Positions 46,809 to 57,615 are shown, numbered from the stretch's first letter. The stretch: 64,000 bases of DNA from Alphaproteobacteria bacterium (GCA_016776605.1 JADHTB010000009.1:31453-95452), one strand, 5' to 3'. A program made the numbers and translations. Notes: a model not told the origin generated them from the sequence alone.

Positions 46809-48149
46809 CTAGTCCTGCTGGTCCTGGCGGTCCTGGCGTTGCAGGCGCACGGAGATGGCGCGGGCATGGGCCGATAATCCTTCGGCCTCGGCCAGGATGA
46901 TGGCATCGGGCCCCAAATGGGCCAGACCGGCGGCATCGCAGCGGATGATCGAACTGCGCTTCATGAAATCCAGCACCGACAGGCCGGAACTGAAACGCGC
47001 GCCGCGGGCGGTGGGCAGCACATGGTTCGGCCCGGCGATATAATCGCCAATGGGTTCGGGGGTATGGGCGCCCAAAAATATCGAACCCGCGTTGCGCACG
47101 CGAGCCAGCATGCCCTCGTAATCAGCCAGGGCGATGGCCAGATGTTCCGGCGCGATACGATCTACCAGCCCGGCCGCTTCTTCCCAGTCCCGCACGATAA
47201 TAACACTGCCATACCGGTCCCAGCTGGCAGCCGCGATCTCGGCCCGCGACAAGGTGCGCAGATGCGCCGCCACGGCGGCCACCACCTGGTCGGCAAAATC
47301 AGCATCGTCGGTCATCAGAATGGCCTGCGCCGCGCTGTCATGTTCCGCCTGCGACAATAGATCGGCGGCAATCCAGGATGGGTTGTTGTCTCTATCCGCC
47401 AGCACCAGAATTTCCGATGGCCCGGCAATCATTTCTATGCCGACGGTGCCAAAGACCTGCCGTTTCGCCGCCGCCACATAGGCATTGCCCGGACCGACGA
47501 TTTTGTCGACTGCCGGGATTTGCTGGGTGCCATAGGCCAGGGCGGCAATGGCCTGGGCCCCGCCCATGCGGTAAATCTCGTCCACCCCGGCGATCCGCGC
47601 CGCCGCCAGGACCAGGGGACTAAGCTGCCCGTCGGGGGTCGGCACGGCCATGGCCAGGCGCGGCACGCCGGCCACCTTGGCCGGGACCGCATTCATCAAC
47701 ACCGACGAAGGGTAGGCGGCCAGGCCGCCAGGCACATACAGCCCCACGGCGGCCACGGCGGTCCAACGGTGTCCCAGTTCGATGCCGTTGGCGTCGGTGT
47801 AGCGGTCGTCCCGGGGCAGCTGTCGTTGGTGATAGGCGGTAATGCGGTCATGGGCATGGCGGAGGGCCTTGATCTGTTCCCCAGGCACGCTTTCCATGGC
47901 GCGGTCCATCTCCGCCACGGGCAGGCGCAGATCCGCCGCGCCATAGTCAACCCGGTCGAATTTCCGGGTATAATCCAGCACGGCGTCATCGCCCCGGCAT
48001 TGCACCTGGGCCAAAATCTCTGCGACGCTTTGATTTACGTCCACGGCTGTTTCGCGCTTGTCAGCCAGAAAGGCCGCGAAACCGGCCTGAAAATCCGCTG
48101 CCCGGCTATCCAGTCTAAGGTTCTGGGACTTACGCTGCTTATCGGGCAT
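46809..48149 (-). CDS. hisD: Histidinol dehydrogenase
   Basis: 446 aa. N-terminal '[17 protein letters not shown]' and the Zn/NAD-site motifs of HisD. Confidence 0.85.
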   Translation of the reverse strand: MPDKQRKSQNLRLDSRAADFQAGFAAFLADKRETAVDVNQSVAEILAQVQCRGDDAVLDYTRKFDRVDYGAADLRLPVAEMDRAMESVPGEQIKALRHAHDRITAYHQRQLPRDDRYTDANGIELGHRWTAVAAVGLYVPGGLAAYPSSVLMNAVPAKVAGVPRLAMAVPTPDGQLSPLVLAAARIAGVDEIYRMGGAQAIAALAYGTQQIPAVDKIVGPGNAYVAAAKRQVFGTVGIEMIAGPSEILVLADRDNNPSWIAADLLSQAEHDSAAQAILMTDDADFADQVVAAVAAHLRTLSRAEIAAASWDRYGSVIIVRDWEEAAGLVDRIAPEHLAIALADYEGMLARVRNAGSIFLGAHTPEPIGDYIAGPNHVLPTARGARFSSGLSVLDFMKRSSIIRCDAAGLAHLGPDAIILAEAEGLSAHARAISVRLQRQDRQDQQD

Positions 48150-48795
48150 CGAGCGCGCCTTGAAAACGTTCGATCCAGCCGGCCAGATGCTCCGGCCTGG
48201 TCTTGGCGGCGGCCCGGTTGACGATTAGCCGCGAAGTGACCTCGGCAATGCGCTCTACTTCCACCAGGCCATTGGCGCGCAGGGTTGCACCGCTACTGAC
48301 CAGATCGACGATGCGGCGGCACAGGCCTAGGCTGGGCGCCAATTCCATGGCGCCGTTCAGGTGAATACACTCGGCCTGTACCCCACGGGCGGCGAAATGG
48401 CGGCGCGTGATACCAGGATATTTGGTGGCGACGCGAATATGGCTCCAGCGCCCCGGATTATCCTCAGCCAGCAACGCCACGGGTTCCGCCACCGCCATGT
48501 AGCAACGGCCGATGTCCAGATCCAGGGGGGCGTAGATTTCCGGATATTGGAATTCCATCAAGACATCGTTGCCGGCAATGCCCATGTGCGCCGCGCCGAA
48601 AGCCACGAAGGTGGCGACATCGAAACTGCGCACCCGGACGATATCCAAATCCGGCATGTTGGTGGTAAACCGCAACAGCCGCGAGTCGGGATCGTCGAAG
48701 GCCGCTTCCGGTTCGATCCCGGCGCGGCGCAACAGCGGCATCGCTTCCTTCAGGATACGGCCCTTGGGCAGGGCAATGATCAGTTTCTGGGGCAT
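48139..48795 (-). CDS. hisG: ATP phosphoribosyltransferase (short form)
   Basis: Start trimmed to ATG 48795 ('[18 protein letters not shown]...'). Canonical HisG N-terminus. Stop overlaps the hisD start. Confidence 0.85.
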   Translation of the reverse strand: MPQKLIIALPKGRILKEAMPLLRRAGIEPEAAFDDPDSRLLRFTTNMPDLDIVRVRSFDVATFVAFGAAHMGIAGNDVLMEFQYPEIYAPLDLDIGRCYMAVAEPVALLAEDNPGRWSHIRVATKYPGITRRHFAARGVQAECIHLNGAMELAPSLGLCRRIVDLVSSGATLRANGLVEVERIAEVTSRLIVNRAAAKTRPEHLAGWIERFQGALDAR

Positions 48796-48797
48796 CT

Positions 48798-49250
48798 CTA
48801 AACTCTCTCGTCGTCCAGGCCATGGTCTGGCCGGCTGGGCGTTGGCCAACCCTGATCAATATCGGCGAGGCTGCAGGTCACCGCCTCTGCCTCCAGCAGG
48901 ATAGAGCCTCCGCCGCCAAATTGCAGTTTCACGGCGACGCCATAGTCCGCTTCCGCGCAGGTGATCGCCAGCAATGGCAATAGACCGGCCCTGTCCGTCA
49001 TGTCGATACCTTGCGCGCGGACCCGCAGAACATCGTCGAAATGCACGCCGCAACGCACGCGCAAACCACCCTCGTCACCCATTTTGTCGGCCAATTCCCA
49101 ACGAAAGCGGGTCGCCACCATGGCGAAGCGGCGCAGACGCGGGATATAGGCCATATCATCGATGCGGGCGATAGCATCCTGCAGACAAGTGGAGATGACC
49201 TCCAGATCAGCCGCTTCCTCAGCTTTCAGACGTAAAAGTGAATTGATCAT
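48798..49250 (-). CDS. Conserved hypothetical protein (DUF2948-like, commonly upstream of hisG in alphaproteobacteria)
   Basis: 150 aa with good coding bias. RBS GAAGGAGCG immediately abuts repeat copy 4. Confidence 0.45.
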   Translation of the reverse strand: MINSLLRLKAEEAADLEVISTCLQDAIARIDDMAYIPRLRRFAMVATRFRWELADKMGDEGGLRVRCGVHFDDVLRVRAQGIDMTDRAGLLPLLAITCAEADYGVAVKLQFGGGGSILLEAEAVTCSLADIDQGWPTPSRPDHGLDDERV

Positions 49251-49270
49251 GTCCCGCGCACCGCTCCTTC

Positions 49271-49373
49271 AGAGCGCATTCGAAGAAAATGCGCTCAGAC
49301 TCTTAAAGATAGAGCAATTGAACCAATTACTTAAGTCGCGAAAGCGACTCTAGTTAATTGAAAATTGCTCTAG
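49271..49373. repeat. Copy 4 of the ~104-bp three-hairpin intergenic repeat
   Basis: AGAGCGCATTcgaagaaaATGCGCTC...AAGTCGCgaaaGCGACTC...TTAATTGAAAATTGCTCTAG. The terminal CTA (49370-49372) is the murA TAG stop on the minus strand. Confidence 0.8.
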
Positions 49374-50680
49374 TCGACCAGCCGCACGATATCCGCGCCA
49401 CAGTCCGAAAGTTTTTCCTCCAACCGCTCGTACCCACGGTCCAGATGATAGACCCGGCTGATCACGGTCTCGCCCGCCGCCGCCAAACCGGCCAGCACCA
49501 GGGACACCGAGGCGCGCAAATCCGTCGCCATCACCGGCGCCCCATGCAGGCCGCCGCCAACCGATCCCGCCGGTCCGCCACGGCCACGAACCATGGCGTT
49601 GGCGCCCTTGACCGTAATATCGGCCCCCATGCGCATCAGCTCCGGCACATGCTGAAAACGATTTTCGAAGATCGTTTCGGTGATCATGGCGGCACCATTC
49701 GCCGTCGCCAACAGGGCCATCAACTGGGCCTGCAGATCGGTGGGGAAACCGGGATAGGGCGCTGTCGTGACATTAATACCGCTCAGACCGTCGCTGCCGG
49801 CGCTGACCAGAACGCCGCAATCGGTTGGCTGCATGCGCACATTGGCACGGGCCAGGGCGGCCGCCACGGCCTCCATCAACTCCCACCGGGCGCCCAGCAA
49901 TTCGACCTCGCCGCCGGTTATGGCCGCGGCCATGGCATAGGTTGCCGCCTCGATCCGGTCGGGCAGTACGGCATAGTCCGCGCCCGACAATTTTTCGACG
50001 CCCTGGATCCGCAGGGTATCGCTGCCGATCCCCTCGATCCGGGCCCCCATGCTGTTCAGGCAATTGGCCAGATCGCCGATTTCGGGTTCCCTGGCGGCGT
50101 TCTCCAACACCACTTCGCCCTTGGCCAGGGTGGCCGCCATCAGCAGATTTTCCGTTGCGCCGACGGATACCTGGGGAAATACCACCACACCGCCCTGCAA
50201 CCCCTGGGGCGCCCGGGCTAGGATATAGCCATCATCCAGTTCAATTTCCGCGCCCAGGGCTTCCAGGCCGCCGATATGCATATCCACGGGCCGGGTGCCA
50301 ATGGCGCAGCCGCCCGGCAGGGAAACCCGCGCCTGGCCGCAACGGGCCAGCAAGGGGCCCAGCACCAGGACCGAGGCACGCATCTTGCGCACAATGTCAT
50401 AGGGCGCCTCGGTCGAGCTGATATCGTGGGTCCGCAGCGCCAGGACATGCCCCATGTGGCCGCCGCCGGGATGTTCCCCGGCCATGGACAATTCGGTGCC
50501 GTGCTGGGCCAACAGATGGGTCATGGTCGCGATATCCGCCAGATGCGGCAGATTGCGCAGGACCAAGGTCTCCTCGGTCAGCAAACTGGCCGCCATCAAG
50601 GGCAGGGCCGCGTTCTTGGCCCCGCTGATGGCAATCTTGCCGTGCAACGGCCGGCCACCGCGTATGCGTATCCTATCCAT
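49370..50680 (-). CDS. murA: UDP-N-acetylglucosamine 1-carboxyvinyltransferase
   Basis: 436 aa. '[27 protein letters not shown]' and the catalytic Cys loop. Confidence 0.9.
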   Translation of the reverse strand: MDRIRIRGGRPLHGKIAISGAKNAALPLMAASLLTEETLVLRNLPHLADIATMTHLLAQHGTELSMAGEHPGGGHMGHVLALRTHDISSTEAPYDIVRKMRASVLVLGPLLARCGQARVSLPGGCAIGTRPVDMHIGGLEALGAEIELDDGYILARAPQGLQGGVVVFPQVSVGATENLLMAATLAKGEVVLENAAREPEIGDLANCLNSMGARIEGIGSDTLRIQGVEKLSGADYAVLPDRIEAATYAMAAAITGGEVELLGARWELMEAVAAALARANVRMQPTDCGVLVSAGSDGLSGINVTTAPYPGFPTDLQAQLMALLATANGAAMITETIFENRFQHVPELMRMGADITVKGANAMVRGRGGPAGSVGGGLHGAPVMATDLRASVSLVLAGLAAAGETVISRVYHLDRGYERLEEKLSDCGADIVRLVD

Positions 50681-50927
50681 CTGTGTCCTAACGGCCCCGG
50701 CAACCTAGTCTTTGGGGCCTTTGGGGCATTTACAACCATGCCCGCGCTCTATGTTCCGCAGTTGGCTGGGGTTCTATCCTATCCCGCCCGGCCTGGAAAC
50801 CGGCGTTTTCCCGAAATCATCGGGATGGCGCCACCATGCCGCCGGTCAATTCGATCCCTATATAGCTGAACCAATTGCCATTTCAATTGCGGCAATGATA
50901 GGGCGGCCAGAGCAGCTTCGGGATATT

Positions 50928-51119
50928 CTATTCCCCATCCGCCCGATCAGGCGGGCCGGATAGGCCGACAGCGTCGGTTTTTTCCGCTCCTACAGGCGTA
51001 TTGGCGACCGTCTGTTGCTGCTTGCGGCGGCGCAAATTGTCGCGCAACGCCTGGGCCAGCCGCTGTTGCCGCAGGTCAGCCGCCGATTTTAGGGGTGATT
51101 GTGATTTATTTTCCGTCAT
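50928..51119 (-). CDS. Small basic conserved protein (DUF4169-like), short form of track ORF 50928..51197
   Basis: Arg/Gln-rich 63-aa product starting at the internal ATG (MTENKSQSP...). The longer form would run into the tRNA promoter region. Confidence 0.35.
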   Translation of the reverse strand: MTENKSQSPLKSAADLRQQRLAQALRDNLRRRKQQQTVANTPVGAEKTDAVGLSGPPDRADGE

Positions 51120-51239
51120 GACCGTATCGGTCTCATATCCCGCTTGCCCTGGCAAGGGCACTTGTGGCAGTTTGCCGGACCGTTGCCAGGGTGGCAAGAC
51201 ATGGTCTTAGGCCACGCCGTCAAACCGCCAGGGCACCCG

Positions 51240-51314
<75 letters not shown>

Positions 51315-51436
51315 TTTCCCCGCCGGCAGCGGTCTTATTCGATGGCGCCCCAGGGGCAGATGCCCTGAGCGATAGCGCCAAACGCGGCGGCGGCGCTTTG
51401 AGAAACCATGTTTTGGCAATACAGGCTTTGCACGCC

Positions 51437-51787
51437 TTATCCCGGCTCTCCCGTCAGGCGCGACGGCGCCGGAATATTGCACCGGGCGGCAGCCTGGCCC
51501 GGGCGGGCGATGGGGGTCAGGGGCAGGACCAGCCAGACGCCTTCGCGTGTCCGTGCCGTTACCGCCTGCAATACGGCGATGGGATTGTGCCTGTGCCGGG
51601 ATGGGGTTTTCAGCGATAGGCAGGTCAGGGTCAGAATTTCCCCCGGATGCATGAAGTTCCGCATGCGGTCATCGGGGAAATAGCCCGGCGCCAAAACCTC
51701 GGCCGGGCGGTCCGTGGTGCTGTAGGCCCAGTGCGAGGCCCGGCTGTTACCGGCCACGCACATCAGGTTGGAGGCATCATAGGGCAA
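51437..51787 (-). CDS. Hypothetical protein (116 aa) whose promoter carries the same operator-like repeats as the adjacent repressor gene
   Basis: Strong GC3 bias. No recognisable family. Confidence 0.35.
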   Translation of the reverse strand: MPYDASNLMCVAGNSRASHWAYSTTDRPAEVLAPGYFPDDRMRNFMHPGEILTLTCLSLKTPSRHRHNPIAVLQAVTARTREGVWLVLPLTPIARPGQAAARCNIPAPSRLTGEPG

Positions 51788-51931
51788 ATTCGGATCCTTC
51801 CGCCGATCACAGCCCGTATATATACCTTATCGTATAAATAAATACAAGAAATATTGGAACTAGCGTATATTTAGCGGCCCGCCCCGGCCACCCTCGCGAC
51901 CACATTCACGGCCACCTTCACGACTTTGTGG

Positions 51932-52588
51932 CTATCGGTAGACCCTGTGTGCGCCGACGATCAGATGCATGGCGGCAACCTCTTCGGGGACAAACCGCAC
52001 CTCCTTGGGGGGATTATACTGCTCCAATATAATGGCCCGCTGGGTTCGCCGCCGCAGCAATTTGATAAAGGCCCGGTCATCGGTGGTTTGCACGACAACG
52101 TAATCGTTCGGTTGCACGGGGATGTTCGGGTCGACCTCGATTATTTCACGCGGTTCATAGCGCGGCCGCATTGAGGAATTATGCACGATCAGGGCATAGG
52201 CGTTGGTCACCCCGACCAAATTCGCCGGCCGGCCCGCAAAGCCTGTAATTGTGCCATTATCCAGGAATGTACCGTCTTCCCCCGCCTCGGCATGGCCGAG
52301 GATTGGTAAATCCTGTACCCGGCCGGGCGGACCGGGGATTTCCGTTGCGATCAGATGATCGGACACGCCCGGCGCCGGCCAGGGCGCCTCGCCCGCCGAT
52401 GCCGCAGCGGCGCCCGATTGTCCACTTAGGGCGGCGATGGCGCGGGATTGCTCCCGGTCCGGCCCCTGCTTGCCCGCCTCCCAACGGGAGACGGTCGCCT
52501 GGGTCGTCCCCAGGGACGCCGCGAACTGCGCCTGTGTCTGCCGCCGTTCCCGACGCAGCCCGCGCACGGTAACTGCCCAATCAACCAT
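51932..52588 (-). CDS. Autocleavable S24-peptidase repressor (LexA/CI-like) with N-terminal XRE-type HTH
   Basis: HTH 'QAQFAASLGTTQATVSRWEAGK'. Ala-Gly cleavage site 'HAEAGEDG'. Ser nucleophile in 'NSSMRP' and Lys in 'AFIKLL' about 40 residues later. AT-rich repeat-bearing flanks on both sides. Confidence 0.7.
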   Translation of the reverse strand: MVDWAVTVRGLRRERRQTQAQFAASLGTTQATVSRWEAGKQGPDREQSRAIAALSGQSGAAAASAGEAPWPAPGVSDHLIATEIPGPPGRVQDLPILGHAEAGEDGTFLDNGTITGFAGRPANLVGVTNAYALIVHNSSMRPRYEPREIIEVDPNIPVQPNDYVVVQTTDDRAFIKLLRRRTQRAIILEQYNPPKEVRFVPEEVAAMHLIVGAHRVYR

Positions 52589-52673
52589 AATATATAAGAT
52601 AAAGCATTTTTATACGGATGCAAATACGAAATAGAATAATTTTCTTGTATTTTATACGTTAGCGTATATTATA

Positions 52674-53000
52674 TTGCCCATGACAGACCCCACCACCCCT
52701 ATAGATGATCCCTTAGACGATCCTCTAGATGAGCGCCCGGGCGCCGGCAAATCGGCGCGCCCGGCGGCCCAACAGATCGCCGGCTGCCGCTGGATCGACG
52801 GCGATGTACAGACCCCGGCGTGGCGCTATTGCCAGGCACCGCGATTGCCCGGCCGGTCTTATTGTGCAGCACACCATGTGCGCAGCATCAATCCCGATGC
52901 TGACCGGCAATTCACGGCGGAACTGGCGGAATGCGAGCTTTACTTAGGCGATCTGCCGCCCCCGGAAGACGCGTTGGACGACGAATTGGATGGGGCATAG
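52674..53000 (+). CDS. GcrA-like protein containing only the C-terminal (sigma-70-interaction) domain
   Basis: 'CRWIDGDVQTPAWRYCQAPRLPGRSYCAAHHVRSI' matches the conserved GcrA C-terminal Cys-W-P-I-G-D...F-C...Y-C-x-x-H block. The N-terminus is Pro/Asp-rich with no GcrA DNA-binding domain. Confidence 0.5.
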   Translation: MPMTDPTTPIDDPLDDPLDERPGAGKSARPAAQQIAGCRWIDGDVQTPAWRYCQAPRLPGRSYCAAHHVRSINPDADRQFTAELAECELYLGDLPPPEDALDDELDGA

Positions 53001-53621
53001 ATGATGGGCGACGGGGAACAGCCCAAATCCCCCGGCGGCAAGGGGACAAATCGCCGCCGCGCGAGCCGGCGGCAGGCGCAACGGGGCCGTCTGCAACTAA
53101 GTGGCAATGGCGGGCCGACCAATTTGCGCCTGCAGCATCACCCCTTGGGGGAGGACAGCCCCGCCCTGGTGCGCGCCGATATTGCTGCCGAGGACGGACG
53201 CGGGCCCGTTACCTATGCCCTGCGCGCGCCCGATACGATCGACGCGCTGGTGAACAAGGGCCGCATCGACCACCGGGCGGCGGCGGGCGCCCGTAAGTTC
53301 GAGGGCATTTTTCAGCGCGCCAGCCTGAACGGTCTGGTCAACCGGGATATCCGCGTAACACCGGGTGCCTTTAACCCTGGGGGTGGCGAGCCGCACCGCA
53401 TTCTGGCCGCCCGCGACGAGGTCTGGAGCGCCATACGCGCCCTGGGCGGCATCGGCACGCCCGGCGCCAATGTGGTCTGGGATGTCCTGGGCCTGGGCAT
53501 GACCATCAAGGCCCATGCGGAGCGTTGCCAGTTTGGCAACGGCCGCTCTCTCAACCCCATGACCGCCACCGGCATTCTGGTGCAATCCTGTTTCACCCTG
53601 GCTGCGTATTATGGCACGTAA
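53001..53621 (+). CDS. Hypothetical protein (206 aa), translationally coupled to the GcrA-like gene (TAG-ATGATG)
   Basis: Starts at the nucleotide after the upstream stop. Good GC3 bias. No family recognised. Confidence 0.4.
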   Translation: MMGDGEQPKSPGGKGTNRRRASRRQAQRGRLQLSGNGGPTNLRLQHHPLGEDSPALVRADIAAEDGRGPVTYALRAPDTIDALVNKGRIDHRAAAGARKFEGIFQRASLNGLVNRDIRVTPGAFNPGGGEPHRILAARDEVWSAIRALGGIGTPGANVVWDVLGLGMTIKAHAERCQFGNGRSLNPMTATGILVQSCFTLAAYYGT

Positions 53622-53711
53622 CCCTATGGGAAAGGGCCGGCAAGTGCGCTAGTTTCACCCTACCATGCTCAGATGGGACGGGCATTGGGAGTGCAGTAGG
53701 GGAGCGCAAGA

Positions 53712-55160
53712 ATGGTGGTGCGGATCGATCCGGTAATCCTGTCAGGTGGTTCGGGCACCCGGTTATGGCCCCTGTCACGGGCCGCGTACCCCAAGCAACT
53801 TTTACCCCTGACCGACAGCCACAGCATGTTGCAGGCCACGGTATTGCGGATCTCGGACCCGGCCCGGTTTAATCCCCCGACCCTGATCTGCAATGACGAA
53901 CACCGCTTTATCGTAGCCGAACAATTGCGCGCCATTGCTGTCGAGCCCGCGGATATCGTGTTGGAACCCATGGGCAGGAATACCGCCCCCGCCGCCACGG
54001 TGGCTGCCCTGCTGGCAGCGGCCCGGGCGCCGGATGCGATGATCCTGATACTGCCCTCCGACCACAGCATCGCCGACACGCCTGCTTTTCTGGCGGTGAT
54101 CGACACCGCCGCACAGGCCGCACAAGGGGGGGCGCTGGTCACCTTTGGCATCACGCCCACGTCGCCTGAAACCGGCTATGGCTATATCAAGCGCGGCGCG
54201 GCTCTGCCGGGCCTTGATTGCTGCCACAAAGTTGCTGAATTCGTTGAAAAACCCGAACGGGACAAGGCCGAGGCGATGCTGGCGGCGGGCGGCTTTGATT
54301 GGAACAGCGGGATGTTCCTGTTCCAGGCCGGGCACCTGTTGGCGGAGATGGAACGTCTGGCCCCCGATATCGTGCGGGCCTGCCGGAACGCCGTGACCGC
54401 CGCGCAGCGGGATCTATCCTTCATGCGCCTGGATGCCGCGGCGTTCGCGGCCAACCCCAACATCTCTATCGATTATGCGGTGATGGAAAAGACCATGTCG
54501 GCGGCGGTTGCCAGCGCCGATATAGGCTGGAGCGACGTCGGCTCCTGGTCGGCCTTGTGGGAACTGGGGCTGGAAGCTGGCGGGGCCGGCGATGACGCCA
54601 ATAACGTGACCGTGGGCGATGTCATTCTGGACGATGTCGCCAACAGCTATGTCCGGGCGGAAAGGCGCTTGGTGGCCGCCCTTGGGGTCAGGGACCTGGT
54701 GATCGTGGAAACCGGCGATGCGGTCCTGGTGGCCAGCCGGGACAAGGTGCAGGAGGTTAAAACCATCGTCGACCGCCTGAAAGCCGACGGCCGGGGCGAG
54801 TCCGAACAAAACCTCAGGGTCTATCGCCCCTGGGGCTATTACGAGGGTATGGACCAGGGCGACCGTTTTCAGGTCAAACGGATCAGTGTGAAGCCGGGGC
54901 AGAAACTGTCCCTGCAAATGCATCACCACCGGGCCGAACATTGGATCGTGGTCGAAGGCACCGCGAAAGTGACCTGCAACGATGAAACCCGGTTGCTGGA
55001 GGAAAACCAGTCGACATATATTCCCATCGGGGCCTGGCACCGGCTGGAAAATCCCGGCAAGGTCGACCTGAAAATAATCGAAGTACAGTCGGGGAGCTAC
55101 TTGGGCGAGGACGACATCGTGCGCAGCGACGACGACTACGGCCGCGACAGCAAAAGCTGA
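53712..55160 (+). CDS. manC: Bifunctional mannose-1-phosphate guanylyltransferase / mannose-6-phosphate isomerase (ManC/XanB type)
   Basis: N-terminal 'ILSGGSGTRLWPLS' nucleotidyltransferase motif and a C-terminal cupin ('...HRAEHWIVVEGTAKV'). Confidence 0.85.
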   Translation: MVVRIDPVILSGGSGTRLWPLSRAAYPKQLLPLTDSHSMLQATVLRISDPARFNPPTLICNDEHRFIVAEQLRAIAVEPADIVLEPMGRNTAPAATVAALLAAARAPDAMILILPSDHSIADTPAFLAVIDTAAQAAQGGALVTFGITPTSPETGYGYIKRGAALPGLDCCHKVAEFVEKPERDKAEAMLAAGGFDWNSGMFLFQAGHLLAEMERLAPDIVRACRNAVTAAQRDLSFMRLDAAAFAANPNISIDYAVMEKTMSAAVASADIGWSDVGSWSALWELGLEAGGAGDDANNVTVGDVILDDVANSYVRAERRLVAALGVRDLVIVETGDAVLVASRDKVQEVKTIVDRLKADGRGESEQNLRVYRPWGYYEGMDQGDRFQVKRISVKPGQKLSLQMHHHRAEHWIVVEGTAKVTCNDETRLLEENQSTYIPIGAWHRLENPGKVDLKIIEVQSGSYLGEDDIVRSDDDYGRDSKS

Positions 55161-55163
55161 CCC

Positions 55164-56669
55164 CTATTCCGCGACCACTTTCAGGCGCTGTTTTGCCTTG
55201 ATGGTTTGACGCGGGGCAAGGTCGTTCAGGATCCGAAACCAGTCTTCGTTAAGGCGGCCATAAGGCAGGGTGCGGGCCAGACCGGCAATGCTGTCGTCTG
55301 GACGGGCGGTCACCACCAGCAACCGCTTGGCCAGCACGCCGGCCGCCGTGGCGGCGCTGATATGCCGGAACGATTGACCCGATGCACGGAACGGCTTGGC
55401 CCATCTATCGGCCTGTTCGGTTGGCGAAACATACATGAAGCGGTAAAATTTTCCGCTATTCCGCCGGATCGCCAGAAGCCGGATGTTGGCCGCGCCGCTT
55501 TTACCCCGCCCTTCGACCCAGCCCGTGGCGGCGTCACTACCGTCAATAATCAGACTTTCCACATTGCGCAGGCGGGCCCTGGCGGCCCAGACATCGCGTA
55601 AATAAGCCGTCGCCGTGCGTGCGCCTTTCGATTGCCCCATATCGAAGGCCATCCCCACGCCGGGTGAATGGCGCCCCTGGACCTGGGATGGGCTGTTGCG
55701 CAGACGAAAGCCGGGTGGCGCCTCGAATTCAAAGCGCAGCTCCGGATGGATGAACTTGCGCCCCCGCACGACGCCCTGTTTCGGATCATCGCCGAACATC
55801 ATGCCGTCGATCTTGTTTAAATACGCGTCCGCCGCCAAACGTCCCGTCCCGCCCCCCTGGGATGCCGCCTGCTGGGCCTGCCGGACACGTTCCACCGTAC
55901 GCGGATGGGTCGACATGATATTAAATTCATCCACCTGGCCCGGCGGCAGGCCCAGGATCTGGGCTTCTACCTTGGAATGTTCCCGCAAACTGCCCAGAAA
56001 CGAGGCCATGGCGTCGGCGTTATAGCCGGCCCGGCTCATGTAACGGATGCCCAGGGTATCGGCTTCGAACTCGTGCTCGCGGGAATAACCCTTGATCGCA
56101 GCCAGGGCGGCGGTCTGACCGATCTGCATAAGATCCGACGGCAGACCGGCGGCGCGCAGGCCCACGGCCCCCAACAACAGGCCCAGTTGCGCGACCTGCT
56201 GGGCGGTGCGGCGTTCAGCGCCATGGCGGGCCGTGACGTGGGCCAGTTCGTGGCTTAAAACCCCGGCCAGCTCGGCCTCGCTGGAGGCCAGGGCCAGCAA
56301 GCCGCGGGTGATATAGACATAGCCGCCCGGCAGTGCGAATGCATTGACGATCTGCGTGTTTAATATAGTGAAACGATAGGGGTATTGCTGATATTCCGTC
56401 TGTTTCGCCAATCCCAGGCCGATCTTCGTAACGTAGCCGGCAAGACGGGGATCATCGTAGGCGCCACCGAAGGATTGCAGGATTTTTGGATGGTTCTGGC
56501 GGCCCTCGGCGATGTCGTCTTCGATGGAACGAAAGCCGGTGAAGCTATCCCGCCCCGATGCTGCGTTGGTGGCCACGCAGCCGGATGTCCCGGCCAAGGC
56601 GGCACCACTGGTCAGGCCGGCCAGAAGCTGGCGCCGGTTAAGCCAATGTTCGGGACGGTCAATGCACAT
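55164..56669 (-). CDS. M48-family zinc metalloprotease (BepA-like) with C-terminal helical-repeat domain
   Basis: Lipoprotein/Tat-like N-terminus. 'LSHELAHVTARH' HExxH motif. 501 aa. Confidence 0.7.
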   Translation of the reverse strand: MCIDRPEHWLNRRQLLAGLTSGAALAGTSGCVATNAASGRDSFTGFRSIEDDIAEGRQNHPKILQSFGGAYDDPRLAGYVTKIGLGLAKQTEYQQYPYRFTILNTQIVNAFALPGGYVYITRGLLALASSEAELAGVLSHELAHVTARHGAERRTAQQVAQLGLLLGAVGLRAAGLPSDLMQIGQTAALAAIKGYSREHEFEADTLGIRYMSRAGYNADAMASFLGSLREHSKVEAQILGLPPGQVDEFNIMSTHPRTVERVRQAQQAASQGGGTGRLAADAYLNKIDGMMFGDDPKQGVVRGRKFIHPELRFEFEAPPGFRLRNSPSQVQGRHSPGVGMAFDMGQSKGARTATAYLRDVWAARARLRNVESLIIDGSDAATGWVEGRGKSGAANIRLLAIRRNSGKFYRFMYVSPTEQADRWAKPFRASGQSFRHISAATAAGVLAKRLLVVTARPDDSIAGLARTLPYGRLNEDWFRILNDLAPRQTIKAKQRLKVVAE

Positions 56670-56685
56670 TCAGAACACCCCCGCG

Positions 56686-57615
56686 CTAAAGCGCGATGAT
56701 TTCCGCCGGTTCAGCGTGCGGCGCTTCATCGCCCTCCCGCCACAGCCAATAGGTTAGTTGTTTTTCAGCGTTCAAGGCGACGACCCGATGGCGGCCGGCG
56801 CGGTCGATAGCATGCAGCGTAATGCGTTGTAGCAGGCCGCCGCGCAATTGGCGCAGGTCGTCGATGGCCTCGTCGACGGCGGCCTCCAGTGACAGTCCCA
56901 TTTTCATATACAGCACAATGGCCCGCGAAGAGCCGGCGCGGATGGCCATTTCGCCCGTCCCCGTACAGGCCGCGGCACCATAGCGGCTGTCGGCATAGCA
57001 GCCCGCGCCAATAACCGGGCTATCGCCCAGGCGGCCGGGATACTTCCAGGCCCAGCCGGAAGTGGAGACACCCGCCATGATCTCCTGCTGACTGTCCAAG
57101 GACAGGAAAACAGTGGTGTCCATGCCCTTTTCCGGATCGATGGCCTGTTGGCACAATGCGGCCAAAGGTACATCGGGCCACTTTTCCCGGTCCGCCGCCG
57201 GCACGTTCTCTTCGAACCATTCACGCCAGACCCGTTCGGAATCCGGGATCAGGTTGTTTGCGGTCTCGGCGCCGATCTCGGCGGCGAACCTGGTGGCACC
57301 CTCGCCCACCAGCAGTTCATGGGGCAGGCGTTCCAGCACCGCGCGGGCAACGGAGATGGGATGGAGGAAACCTTTCAAGGCGCCAACCGCCCCGCTGCGA
57401 AAGCTGCTGCCGTCGATCATGGCGGCATCCAATTCAACTTCACCCAGCAGGTTGGGCCAACCGCCCCGGCCCACGGTACGAATGGAGGTGTCCGCCTCGA
57501 CCAGCCGGATACCCGCCTCGATCGCATCCAGGCCGGCCGCGCCCGCCGCCAGCATTTCAGCCGTCTTTCCAACCCCGGGCGTACCTTCGGAATTGGTCAC
57601 TAAAATCCGCGCCAT
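56686..57615 (-). CDS. Ntn-hydrolase isoaspartyl peptidase / L-asparaginase family protein
   Basis: Start trimmed to ATG 57615 (GAGGACGCCA RBS; 'MARILVTNSEGT'). The Thr nucleophile context 'IRTVGRGG' is tentative and was not aligned. Asparaginase_2 fold collinearity. Confidence 0.7.
   Translation of the reverse strand: MARILVTNSEGTPGVGKTAEMLAAGAAGLDAIEAGIRLVEADTSIRTVGRGGWPNLLGEVELDAAMIDGSSFRSGAVGALKGFLHPISVARAVLERLPHELLVGEGATRFAAEIGAETANNLIPDSERVWREWFEENVPAADREKWPDVPLAALCQQAIDPEKGMDTTVFLSLDSQQEIMAGVSTSGWAWKYPGRLGDSPVIGAGCYADSRYGAAACTGTGEMAIRAGSSRAIVLYMKMGLSLEAAVDEAIDDLRQLRGGLLQRITLHAIDRAGRHRVVALNAEKQLTYWLWREGDEAPHAEPAEIIAL

Noticed and set aside
51437-51787. Possible HigA-like antitoxin suggested by the 'HPGEIL' motif
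   Set aside because: The motif is not followed by an HTH-like segment and is not near the N-terminus. The match is too short, so the gene is kept as hypothetical.
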